A stretch of DNA of 64,000 nucleotides from an uncultured Holophagales bacterium. GTDB lineage: Bacteria; Acidobacteriota; Thermoanaerobaculia; Multivoradales; UBA5704. The translations under genes were made by a program, and so were the position numbers. The notes under the pieces are model-generated. The model was not told the origin of the DNA and made no database searches. It saw nothing but the letters and a program-made list of their open reading frames with translations. The stretch covers positions 68,809-132,808 of the forward strand of contig CAWJGT010000012.1 of assembly GCA_963842525.1 (NCBI GenBank), given 5' to 3'. Each line of letters starts with the position of its first letter. Position 1 is the stretch's first letter. Positions 8,513 through 18,476 of this stretch are shown here, piece after piece.

Positions 8513-11026
8513 TGGGGCCAATCCCCTGGGAGGCGCTGGCGCGGCTGGCCGTCTGCCTGGCTCTGGGGCAGGGCCTCCTCGCCCTGCTGTCCCGCGGGCT
8601 TGGCTCTCGCATTCCATGGAGGACCGCGGCCGGCAGCCTCGCCCTGGTCCTCCTGACCCTCTCCCCCTGGCTGGTCACGGACCGCCTGCTGGCGCCGGTG
8701 GACGAGCCGATTGACAACAACGTGCCAGGCGCCCCGGTGGTGCCGGACCCCGACCGGCACGGCCTCTACAACGACGTGGCCCTCCAGCTCCTCCCCTGGG
8801 AGATCGAGGTGCGGCGCGCGTTCGCAAGCGGCCGGCTGCCGCTCTGGTCGGACCTCCTGGACGGCGGCAGCTCACCGTGGGTCAACCCGCAGGCCGCGGT
8901 GCTCTCGCCGATCGCCCTGCTGGCCCGCCTCCTGCCCATCGAGCACTTCCTGCTGGCCGCCCTGGCGCTCAAGATGCTCGTCGCCTCACAGGGCACCTGG
9001 CTGCTGGCGCGCCGCCTCGGAGCGGGCCGCACGGCCGCGGCCCTGGCAGGCGCCGGCTACGCGCTCGGCGGCGGGGTCATGGCCTGGGCGCTCTTCCCGC
9101 TCACCAGTGTCACAGCCTGGACGCCGTGGCTCGCGGCGGGGGTGGTGGGGCTGTGGCGGCGGGAGTCCCTCACCCCCAGCCCCTCTCCCAACCGCCCTCC
9201 CGGACCCCCGGGAGAGGGGAGCCACGATCTCATGTCCTCCCCCCTCTCCCGGTGGATGGGAGGGCGGTTGGGAGAGGGGGGTCGGGGGGGTGAGGGGCCC
9301 ACCACCGCCCTCCTCTTCGCCTTCCTCCTCCTGTCCGGCCACCCGGAGGCAGCACTCGCGGGCGCCACATTCGCGCTGTTCGCCGGGCTCGCCTTACGCC
9401 GCCGGCGCACCCCGGTCCTGCCGACGTTGGGCAGGACAGCCCTGGCGCTTGCCCTGGGACTCGGGCTGGCGGCGCCGCACCTGGTGCCGTTCCTGCGCAT
9501 CCTGCCCGAGACGCAGCGGGCCGTGCGCACTCTCGAAGAGGGGCCGCCCCCGGCGGCCAACACCGGAGCATGGTTTCCCGGCACCAACGCCCGGCTGCTC
9601 CTGGCGCCCGCCAACCCGCGCGTCTATGGCCGGCCGTTCCACGAGCCGTATCGGGGTCCCCTGACCTGGAGCGCCTCGGGAGCGGGCTATGCGGGGCTGC
9701 TTGCCTTCGCCGGCACCCTGGCCGGCCTTCTTGCGCGCCAGCGGTGGAAGACCTTGCTCCCCCTGCTCGCCTTCGCCGCGCTCTGCTTCCTGCTCGCGGC
9801 CGGCTTCGGTCCTCTGGAGAGGCCGCTTGACCGCCTTCCCTTCCTCGGTGCGGTGGCCTGGACCCGCTTCCTCCCTGCCGCCGGACTGGCTCTCGTGCTG
9901 GCCGGGGCGCTGGGGATCGACGGCCTCCTGCGGCGGCGCGCCCGGATAGGCGCCTGGATCGGGCTCGGCGTAGCGGCGGCGGCCAGCCTGGCGCTGGAGC
10001 ACAGCCTCCTCGTCGCCGCCGCCTGGGCCCTGCTCCTGGGCGGCGCTTTGTTGGCCCGGAAGTCACGGCCGCTGGCGGGAGCGCTCCTCGCCGCAGCCCT
10101 GCTCGTCGACCTGCTCCCCTGGGCCTGGGACCTGTTGCCGCGCGGCCACCGCGAGCTTCTTCTATCCGCAGACCCCGCTGGTCGAGGCCGCCACGGCGGC
10201 GGTCGCGGAGGGCGGTCCCTGGCGGGGCGCGGCGCACGGTTTCCTCTTCTATCCTTCGCTGCTGCCGGTCTACGGCGTCGCCGAGCTGCGCGCCCACAAC
10301 CCGGTGGCCTTGCGGCAGCAGCTCCTGCCTCTCCAGGAAGCCTTCCGTTTCCGGCCCGAGGGGAGGCGCTACAAGAGCGGCTTCCGCAACCTCGACCACC
10401 CGCTGCTCGACTTCCTGAACGTCCGGCTGGTGATTGCCAAGGACGGCCAGCCCGAGCCCCGTACCCTGGAACGCTTCGACGCGGGCCAGCTCGCGCCCAT
10501 GCGGCTCTACATCAATCCAGAAGCCCTGCCGCGGCTGTTCCTGCCGGTTGCGGTCCAGGTGGTGGAACGGCAGGAAGCCCTCCCCGCGGTCGCTCGCCTG
10601 AAGAATCCCCGCCGGGTCGTTCTCATCGCGGAAGAGACCCAGGGCTGGCGTCAGCCGCGCCGGCCGTGGGACCCGGACGCCGTGCGGATCGTCTCCTGGG
10701 AGCCCGGGGGGATCGTCGCCGAGCTGCCTCCCGAGGGAGAGAAGCTCCTTGCCACCTCGCTCTCTTTCCCCGCAGGCTGGACAGCCCGCGCCGGGGGCGA
10801 GCGCCTGCGGACACTGACGGTCAACACCGCCTGGCTGGGGGTCGTAATGCCGAACGGCTCCGGACGGGTCGAATTGGCATTCCGTCCACCGGGGCTGGGC
10901 CTGGGGACGGGGCTGTTCGTGCTGGCGCTGCTCGGAGTCGCCGCCTCGTACACATACACGATCTGGCGGTTCCCCCGCCACATACCAGTGCCGGGCCGCT
11001 CTCCAAAGCGGGCGGCGAGCCGGTAG
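8509..11026 (+). CDS. YfhO-like polytopic membrane protein (GT-C fold), frameshift near 10165
   Basis: GRLPLWSDLLDGGSSPWVNPQ, LSGHPE, many TM helices, C-terminal GWTAR...VNTAWLGV...VELAFRPPG + TM. Translationally coupled to moeA. Confidence 0.8.
9167..9296. repeat. REP doublet (CCCTCACCCC/CCCTCTCCC family) located in-frame within a CDS
   Basis: Inverted arms CCCTCACCCC..CCCCTCTCCCAACCGCCCTCCC / GGGAGGGCGGTTGGGAGAGGGG..GGGGTGAGGG, similar to intergenic copies at 34850, 56315 and 57507. Confidence 0.85.
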
Positions 11027-12480
11027 CGATCGCGGGCCCGTCCCCGGGCGACAAGCTCGTTCAGCGACATCCCTCCGCGACGTTCGAATTCGCCGGTGAC
11101 GAGGAACCGGTACCCGCCGTGGCGGCGGAGGCGCGGACGCGCCCTCTCGACAGGCAGCACGGTCGCCCGCGGACCCAGACGCCCGACCTCGCTGCGGACG
11201 ATCGCCAGCTCCTCGGAGACGAGGACTGCATCGCCCGGTCCGGCATGCTCGCGGAGCCAGTCGACCGCCTGCACGCGCGAGTCGACGAGGGTGGCCCGGT
11301 TGCGGGCATAGGCAAGATCGGCCGGCAGGAAGAGACCCGCAATCAACAGGGACGCGGCGGCGTCCACCCAAGCCGGCCGGGGCACCCTCTCGCGGATCTT
11401 CGCGGCGAGAAGCCCGACGAGGACGCAGGCCAGGGGGACCAGCGGCAGAAGGTTGCGGAACGGCTGAAAGGTATAGCGCAGGAGGATCAGCACCAGGGCG
11501 ATGCCCCAGACGGCCCAGCCCAGGGCCGAAGGCCGGGTCCGGCGGTCCGCCACGGCGGAGAGCCAGCCCGCGGCGACCAGGGCGAGGAAGGCCAGGCCGA
11601 GCTCGGGGTGGTCGAGCGGCTGGTCCCACTCCGCGCGCCGGACGATCTGGTCCCAGAGCGGGACCATCTCCAGCCGGGCATAGAGCACGAATTGCCGGCC
11701 CACATCGGTGAAGACGCGGTGGGGCTTCAGGAACAGGGCCGGCATGACTGCGAAGACGGCCACCAGCCCGCCGAGCGCAGCGAGCTCCAGCCGTCGGATG
11801 CGGCCCGTCCATCCGCCCTCTCCACGCAACAGCGAGATCGTCACCGGGATGGCGGCCAGGATGCCCGGGTACTTGGACGTGAGGGCGAGCCCCGTCATCG
11901 CTCCCGCGAGGAGCGCGTCCCGCCGCGGCGTGCCGCCGCGCAGCGACCTCTCGCCGAAGAACACTGCCGCGAGGCAGAAGAAGGCCGCATAGGGGTCCAC
12001 GGTCACGAGGGCGCTCCGGATCACCAGCGCCGGGACGAGCGCCGCGGTCCAGGCCGCGACGAGCTCCGCGGACGGACCGCCGAGCCACCGCGCGAGCCGG
12101 CCCGTCAGCACCACGGTCGCGAGCCCCGCGGCGAGCGTGAGCAGCCGGCCGAGCACGATCAGATCCGCCGGCTCGACCAGGTCGTAGTACTTGGGCGGAA
12201 AAACCGAGAGGTCGTCCCGCAGTCTGTGCCCATGCACGGCTTTGTAGACGGGCGCCTCGGCCGTGGCCGCCGCGCGCACCGCAACCAGAGGCAGCGCCGG
12301 GTAGAGATACCAGAGCGGGTCCCACCGCCGCTCCCGGAGCATCCGCACCACCCGGTGCAGCACGTGCCCCTCGTCCACATAGTTGAGATACGGGAGCCCC
12401 GCCCACACCGTCGGCAGCCGCAGGCCGAGGGCCACGGCCAGGATCAGGGACCAGCAGGCGAGGCGGAGTCGGCGCGACAC
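10651..12480 (-). CDS. GT-C (ArnT/PMT-like, GT39/83) membrane glycosyltransferase; true 3' end uncertain
   Basis: N-terminal TM followed by YVDE, YPALP, GLALTSKYPG, RNLLPLVP and many TM segments. Confidence 0.8.
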   Translation of the reverse strand: MSRRLRLACWSLILAVALGLRLPTVWAGLPYLNYVDEGHVLHRVVRMLRERRWDPLWYLYPALPLVAVRAAATAEAPVYKAVHGHRLRDDLSVFPPKYYDLVEPADLIVLGRLLTLAAGLATVVLTGRLARWLGGPSAELVAAWTAALVPALVIRSALVTVDPYAAFFCLAAVFFGERSLRGGTPRRDALLAGAMTGLALTSKYPGILAAIPVTISLLRGEGGWTGRIRRLELAALGGLVAVFAVMPALFLKPHRVFTDVGRQFVLYARLEMVPLWDQIVRRAEWDQPLDHPELGLAFLALVAAGWLSAVADRRTRPSALGWAVWGIALVLILLRYTFQPFRNLLPLVPLACVLVGLLAAKIRERVPRPAWVDAAASLLIAGLFLPADLAYARNRATLVDSRVQAVDWLREHAGPGDAVLVSEELAIVRSEVGRLGPRATVLPVERARPRLRRHGGYRFLVTGEFERRGGMSLNELVARGRARDRYRLAARFGERPGTGMWRGNRQIVYVYEAATPSSASTNSPVPRPSPGGRNANSTRPEPFGITTPSQAVLTVSVRRRSPPARAVQPAGKESEVARSFSPSGGSSATIPPGSQETIRTASGSHGRRG

Positions 12481-12562
12481 GCCGGAAGCATAGTGAAATC
12501 AGTTGCTCATGCGCGCCGAGCCCGCTCTTCGCCTTGGCGACCGGGACAGGAGAAGCTCGCGG

Positions 12563-12781
12563 CTATGGCGAGCAGGAGGAGATGCAATGCATCTTCTGCT
12601 CGTCGCAGGCGTTATAGCAGGCCCAGTCCCCCTGACAACACCAGGACGCGCACTGCTGAGCATCATAGATGCACCCGTCGATGCAGTCAGCCGACGCCGC
12701 TCTCGGCCCGGGGAATCCGCCGCCCAGGACCATCCCGACCAGCACGAGCATCGTGAACAGCAGGATACCTCTCTTGAGCAT
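12563..12781 (-). CDS. Small secreted Cys-rich peptide with four CxxxC motifs
   Basis: Strong AAAGGAGG RBS, hydrophobic signal peptide, mature DCIDGC-x6-CASWCC-x5-CYNAC-x6-CISSC. Confidence 0.8.
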   Translation of the reverse strand: MLKRGILLFTMLVLVGMVLGGGFPGPRAASADCIDGCIYDAQQCASWCCQGDWACYNACDEQKMHCISSCSP

Positions 12782-12857
12782 AGCTCCTCCTTTCGTCGTT
12801 CACCATCCATAGAAGAAGGGTGTGCGGAGAGGAGAAAGGGGAGCCGCCGGGCGAGGG

Positions 12858-13646
12858 CTATTCCTGGGCGTCCTTGACCAGCAGGCGCTCGATGCCGCGC
12901 GCCTTGCCGGTGTCCTCGTCGATGTCGATGACGACACCGGCAAGGCGGACGTCCCTCTTGGCCACCTCGAAAGAGGAGGGGGTCTGGAGGAGGAAGCGCT
13001 TGAGGACCTTGTCGACCCGCATGCCGATGACCGACTCGTAGGGGCCGGTCATGCCGGCGTCGGTCAGGTAGGCCGTGCCGTTGGGCAGGATGCGCTCGTC
13101 GGCCGTGGGCACGTGGGTGTGGGTGCCGACCACGGCGCTCACCCGGCCGTCCAGGTAGAAACCCAGGGCCTGCTTCTCGCTCGTGGCCTCGGCGTGGAAG
13201 TCGACGAAGACCACCTTGGCCTTCGCTCCGATCTGCTGGAGCAGCCGGTCGGCCACCCGGAAGGGGGACTCGAGGTTGCTCATGAAGACCTGGCCTTCGA
13301 GGTTGATCACCGCCACCGGGATGCCGGCCGCGGTCTCGCCGATGTAGAGCCCCTTCCCCGCGTTGCCCTCGGGATAGTTGGCCGGCCGCAGGAGGCGCGG
13401 ATCGCGGTCCAGGATCTCGACCCCCTCCTTCTTGTCCCAGACGTGGTTGCCTGAGGTGAAGCAGTGGATGGGCAGGTCCGCGATCTCCGCCATCACCTCC
13501 GGGGTGACGCCGAAGCCGCCGGCGGAGTTCTCGACGTTGACCACCACGAAGTCGGCGTTGTGACGGTCCACCAGCCGGGGGAGGAGGTTCTGCAGGGCCC
13601 GGCGGCCCGGCTTGCCGATGACGTCGCCGACGAAGAGGAGCTTCAT
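12858..13646 (-). CDS. ymdB: YmdB/TIGR00282 family metallophosphoesterase
   Basis: [31 protein letters not shown] and GTHTHV motifs; lies downstream of rny. Confidence 0.95.
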   Translation of the reverse strand: MKLLFVGDVIGKPGRRALQNLLPRLVDRHNADFVVVNVENSAGGFGVTPEVMAEIADLPIHCFTSGNHVWDKKEGVEILDRDPRLLRPANYPEGNAGKGLYIGETAAGIPVAVINLEGQVFMSNLESPFRVADRLLQQIGAKAKVVFVDFHAEATSEKQALGFYLDGRVSAVVGTHTHVPTADERILPNGTAYLTDAGMTGPYESVIGMRVDKVLKRFLLQTPSSFEVAKRDVRLAGVVIDIDEDTGKARGIERLLVKDAQE

Positions 13647-13663
13647 CGATCCGTCTCTAGCTT

Positions 13664-15231
13664 CTAGCGGGCGTACTCGACGGATCGGGTCTCGCGGATC
13701 ACGGTCACCTTGATCTGGCCCGGGTAGGTCAGCTCCTGCTCGATCTTGCGCGCGATGTCCTTGCGACAGCCAGAGGGCCTGCTCGTCGCCGATCTTGCCG
13801 CTGTCGACGATGATGCGGATCTCGCGGCCGGCCTGGATGGCGAAGGTCTTCTGCACCCCTTTGAAGGCGCCGGCGATCTCCTCGAGCTTCTCCAGGCGCT
13901 TGACGTAGGTCTCGAGCACCTCGCGCCGGGCGCCGGGCCGGGCGGCGGAGAGGGCGTCGGCGGCGGTGACCAGCACGGCCTCGACGGTCTGCGGGTCGTA
14001 GTCGCCGTGGTGGCAGGCCATGGCGTGGACGACCTCCTCGGTCTCGCCGAATTTGCGCAGCAGGTCGATGCCGATCTGCAGGTGGGTGCCGTCCATCTCG
14101 CGGTCGATCGCCTTGCCGATGTCGTGCACCAGGCCGGCGCGGCGGGCGACCTGCGACGTTGACCTTGAGCTCGGCGGCCATGGTGCCGGCGAGGAAGGCG
14201 ACCTCCTTGCTGTGATGGAGGACGTTCTGGCCGTAGGAGGTGCGGTAGCGGAGCCGGCCGAGGAGCTTGACCAGCTCGGGGTGCATGCCGGGGATGCCCA
14301 GCTCCAGCAGCGCCGCCTCCCCTTCCTGCAGGATCTTCTGCTCGAACTCGGCCTTGACCTTCTCGACGATCTCCTCGATGCGCGCCGGGTGGATGCGGCC
14401 GTCGACGATCAGCCGTTCGAGCGCGACCCGGGCCACCTCGCGGCGGAACGGGTCGAAGCCGGAGAGGATGACCGCCTCGGGCGTGTCGTCGACGATCAGG
14501 TCGACGCCGGTGGCCATCTCCAGGGCGCGGATGTTGCGGCCCTCGCGGCCGATGATCCGCCCCTTCATCTCGTCGTTGGGAAGCATGACGACCGAGACGG
14601 TGGTCTCGGAGACGTAGTCGGAGGCCGACCGCTGGACCGCCATGCCGATGATCCGCTGCGCCTGCCTGGTGGCCTGCTCGCGGGCCTCGTCCTCGATCCG
14701 CTTGACGATGTGGGCCGCCTCGATCTTGGCCTCGTCCTCCATGACGCGGACCAGCTCGTCGCGCGCCTGCTGGGCGGTGAGGCCGGCGATCTGCTCGAGA
14801 CGGCCGCGCTCCTCCTCCACCATCCGGTCGAGGTCGCCTTCCTTCTTTTCGAGGGTCTTCTCGCGGCCGGCCAGGGAGCGGTCGAGCTGGTTGAGCTCCT
14901 TCTCCCGCTTGGCCTGCTCGTCGGTCTTCTTGTCGAGGTTGTCTTCCTTCTGGGTGAGGCGCCGCTCGAGGGCCTCCAGCTCGGTGCGCCGCTTGCGCGA
15001 CGCCGACTCGAATTCGCTGCGGGCCTGGAGGAGCTTCTCCTTGGCGGCCACGTCGGCTTCGCGCAGACGGGTCTCGCTCTGCCGCCGCGCGTCTTCGAGG
15101 ACGCCGTCGGATTCGCGCTGCGCCTGGGCGAGGATGCGCTTCGCCTCCCGGCGGATCCCGAACCACCAGATCAGGAGGAAGATCACGCCCACGGCAAATG
15201 CCGTAGCAAGAATGATGATTTCGGTAGTCAA
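13664..15231 (-). CDS. rny: Ribonuclease Y (two apparent indel frameshifts, ~14150 and ~13770)
   Basis: N-terminal TM, coiled coil, KH domain ([15 protein letters not shown]), HD domain (HDIGKA), C-terminal [13 protein letters not shown]. Confidence 0.95.
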
Positions 15232-15295
15232 CGTTGCCCCCTGCTCTCGCGAGTAGGGGGGGTCAGGGTCGAGACGGGAGAGCTTTCGATAAAAA

Positions 15296-15482
15296 CATCC
15301 CCCGCACGGCCGTGAGGGCCCGAGCGTTTAGAACCTGAAACGCACCAGGTGGGTGTCCGCTCCACGAGCCGTTAGCGTCCTCGTCGATGCGAGGCTGGCA
15401 CGGGCCACGCGGGTAAAAGACTCCCTGGGTATAAATGTTGGTTCTAGTATCGTGGTACCCATCACGCACCGCACAGGGGATG
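15296..15482 (-). ncRNA. ssrS: 6S RNA
   Basis: ~187 nt between zapA and rny, the canonical synteny. Complementary ends (ATCCCCTGTGCGG / CCGTGCGGGGGAT) and GAACC/GGTTC inner stem around an unpaired bubble. Confidence 0.85.
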
Positions 15483-15530
15483 CAAATCTGTCTGACATAT
15501 CGCGCGTCATGGCGGATTCCGCAGTCCTGC

Positions 15531-15818
15531 TCAACTCTCCAGGGCGCGGCTTAATTCCTCGGTCAGCTCCGCCACCTTCTCCTTGATCTCGACCCGTTCC
15601 CCTTCCTGTCGTTTCTGCACCCGCAACAATTCGTCTGCCAGGTTGAGCGCCGCCAGAATCGCGATCCGTGCCGTGTCGGCCGAGGTCGCATGCTGGGCGA
15701 CCTCCCGCATCCTGCGGTCCACGAGGTCGGCCAGACTCTGGAGGTACCCGGAGTCGTCGGTTCCGCGCACATGGTACACCGAGCCGAAGATCTCAACAGC
15801 GGTGTTGGCTCCTGGCAT
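15531..15818 (-). CDS. zapA: Cell division protein ZapA
   Basis: [12 protein letters not shown]...[11 protein letters not shown]...[13 protein letters not shown]. Confidence 0.92.
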   Translation of the reverse strand: MPGANTAVEIFGSVYHVRGTDDSGYLQSLADLVDRRMREVAQHATSADTARIAILAALNLADELLRVQKRQEGERVEIKEKVAELTEELSRALES

Positions 15819-15911
15819 GGCGCTCACGTACGCACTTCGTGCCTTCACCGGCAAGTCACATCGGGCCAGCGAGTTGGCGGAGGCCACTATAGCACACGGC
15901 CCGAAGTTACA

Positions 15912-16993
15912 ATGCCCCCTGCCATGCCACTCCCGGGCTACCCCGCCCTCCGCAAGCTGCTCTTCCGCCTCGACCCCGAAGCGAGCCACGGCCTCGGGAT
16001 CGGAGCCCTCCGCGCTCTCCAGTCCGTGCCCTCTTTGGCCCGGGCGGTGGAGCGCAGGTATCGGATCGACGCGGCGCCGCTGCGGCAGACCCTTTTCGGC
16101 CGGGTCTTCCCGAACCCGGTCGGCCTCGCCGCGGGGTTCGACAAGGACGCGGTCGCCGTCCGCGGCCTGGCGGCGCTCGGCTTCGGCTTCGTCGAGGTCG
16201 GGACCGTCACCCCCCGGCCCCAGGCCGGCAACCCGCGCCCGCGGCTGTTCCGCCTGCCGGAGGCCGGCGAGCCTCCAGAACGCCCTCGGCTTCAACAACG
16301 CCGGCATGGAGGCCGCCCGCCGCCGCCTGGAGACGGCTCTATCCGGCTCCGGTCCCCCTCGGGGTGAACGTCGGCAAGAACAAGGCGACGCCCCCGGAGG
16401 AGGCGCTCGGCGACTATGAGATTCTGATCCGGACGCTCGAGCCGTTCTGCGACTACCTGGTGGTGAACCTCTCCTCGCCGAACACCCCGGGCCTGCGCGA
16501 CCTCCAGAACGAGACCTTCGTACGCGCTCTGCTGGCCGCGGCCTCCGGTCTCACGCGTAAGCCGGTCCTGGTCAAGATCGCTCCGGACCTTGATCCTGAC
16601 GCTGCCGCCACCCTGGCCGAGGTGGCGGTCGAAGCGGGCGCCGCCGGGATCGTGGCCACCAACACGACCAACGACTACTCTCTCCTGCCCGGGGTGAGGG
16701 ATTTCGGCGGCTTGTCCGGCAAGGTGCTGCGGGAGAAGAGCTTCCGGGTGTTCGAAGCCGTAGCCCGACGCCTCTTCGGCCGCGCCGTGCTCATCAGCGT
16801 CGGAGGGATCGACTCCGGGGCCGAGGCCTACCGGAGGATTCGAGCCGGCGCCTCCCTGGTGCAGGTCTACACCGCGCTGGTCTACCAGGGGCCGTCGCTC
16901 GCCCGCCGGATCAACGAGGAGCTGCTGGCGCTGATGGAGCGGGACGGGGTGAAGGAGATCGGGGAGGCGGTGGGGGCGGACGTCACTCCCTAG
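15912..16993 (+). CDS. pyrD: Quinone-dependent dihydroorotate dehydrogenase (indel frameshifts ~16270 and ~16345)
   Basis: [54 protein letters not shown]. Confidence 0.93.
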
Positions 16994-17465
16994 CCGCCCG
17001 GGCATGAATGCCCGGGCTAGGAACGGCGCCGGGTAAACCCGGCTTCAAAGCCCCAGTCATGGGGCGCCGACGGAGTAAGAAGGCCGAGCAGGGATGCCGG
17101 CGCTCCCAGGCCCACGCCCCGCCCCAAGGACGATCCCACCGTACTGATCTGGGCAATTCGGACTGTCGCCTCTCCAGGCCCTTGATTCTACGCTACTTAA
17201 CTCCTGCTCGGCCGTTACCCCCCTTTCTGGCCTGTGCGGAAGTCCTCCCGGGAGTCGTTTTTCAGCTTCGTTCACGCTTGTAACTCTCGTCTTTTCAGTG
17301 AATTGAGCTCTCCGCCGTTACCCCGCTGACAAAACGCCATTTTTGAGCTGGCATGATTTGTGACCGGCACGATTCTTTCCTGGCTGGACGGGTTGTCAAA
17401 GAGCGCGTCTCACCTGCTGTCTACTTCGACACGGTCCGCCGGAGATCTGTTGGACGCGGTTTCTT

Positions 17466-17522
17466 CCCTGGGAGCGCCGGCATCCTCGCGTCTGAGCCGG
17501 CGGGACGCCAGCGTTCCCAGGG
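17466..17522. repeat. REP element, CCTGGGAGCGCCGGC family
   Basis: CCCTGGGAGCGCCGGCATCC...GGACGCCAGCGTTCCCAGGG. A half copy is at 17091-17110 and a perfect palindrome at 28441-28464. Confidence 0.7.
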
Positions 17523-17529
17523 CCCACGT

Positions 17530-18186
17530 CCCCGTCGCAACATGTCCATCACCCGTCGCAGAGCGTAGAGACACTGTCGCAGTGTAAAGTGTCGAGCCCG
17601 TCGCATCGCGGCGCTTTGTCGCATCGCATTGGGCACTGTTACAGCGTAAGCTCACGCTGTCGCAGAGGATGGATGCTCTGCGACAGCGTGAGCTTACACT
17701 GTCGCAGAGGCAGCTTACGCTGCGACTGCGGAGCTTGCACTGTCGCACGGTCTTGCGAGCCCCGGACGATGCCTCCTCACTCCGGCACAATGCAGCCAGA
17801 CAATGTCGCACATGCTTCCAGTCATGTTGCAGAGTGTTGCCGCATCGTCGCGCAGTCTCCAGGCGCTGTCGCGGAATGCTGCTACGCTGTAGCGGCGTCG
17901 CCTGATCTGTTTCAGCGTGGGGTACACCTGTTGCATCGTCCAGGAGCGTTGCCGCAGGTCTCGTTGGCAAGGGGTCGCCGCGAGCCGGCACTACGTAAAT
18001 GCCTGGTGCGTTGCGACAGCGTCGAGGGGCAACGGGCCGGTGTCGCTCCGCCCGATTCAACGGCAAGCTGACACTGTCGCAGCGTCAGCATACCTGCGAC
18101 AGAGCAAGCGTGCAGGGGGTGCGGTTCGGCTTGGTTGCGACACCGCAGATCGCTTCAGGAGAAAGCTGCGTGACGTTGCGACAGCC
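17530..18186. repeat. Degenerate ~21-bp periodic array with TGTCGCA/TGCGACA cores
   Basis: Core G at 17534, 17555, 17576, 17638, 17659, 17680, 17701, 17722 and 17742, continuing more degenerately. Confidence 0.75.
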
Positions 18187-18206
18187 TCCGGAGAGACGAG
18201 ATGAGG

Positions 18207-18476
18207 CTACTCCAGCAGCCCTCCCAGGTGCTCGACCAGCCGCTCGACCCGGCCGCGGATCTCCTGGCGCTCCTCGACCCAGCGCTGGGCCTCGCCGGGG
18301 GAGGCCGCGGCGGCGAGGCGCTCTTCCAGCTCCTCGATCCGCCGGTGGAGCGCAGTGTTCTCGCTCCGCAGCTCGCGGAGGCGTTCGCCCGCGGCGCGGA
18401 CCTTCTCCTCCAGCACGGTCATCCATTCGGTGCCGGTGTCCGCCATGGGCGGCTCGGCGGTTGCAGTCTTGGCCAT
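18207..18476 (-). CDS. ZapB-like coiled-coil protein
   Basis: LEEKVRAAGERLRELRSENTALHRRIEELE...ERQEIRGRVERLV; TGATG overlap with pheT. Confidence 0.7.
   Translation of the reverse strand: MAKTATAEPPMADTGTEWMTVLEEKVRAAGERLRELRSENTALHRRIEELEERLAAAASPGEAQRWVEERQEIRGRVERLVEHLGGLLE

Noticed and set aside
13664-16993. rny and pyrD (also prfA, YfhO-like, HipA-like, lipoprotein) as pseudogenes or programmed frameshifts
   Set aside because: Small shifts are scattered across many genes, including essential prfA, with motifs intact on both sides. Sequencing indels are the simplest explanation.
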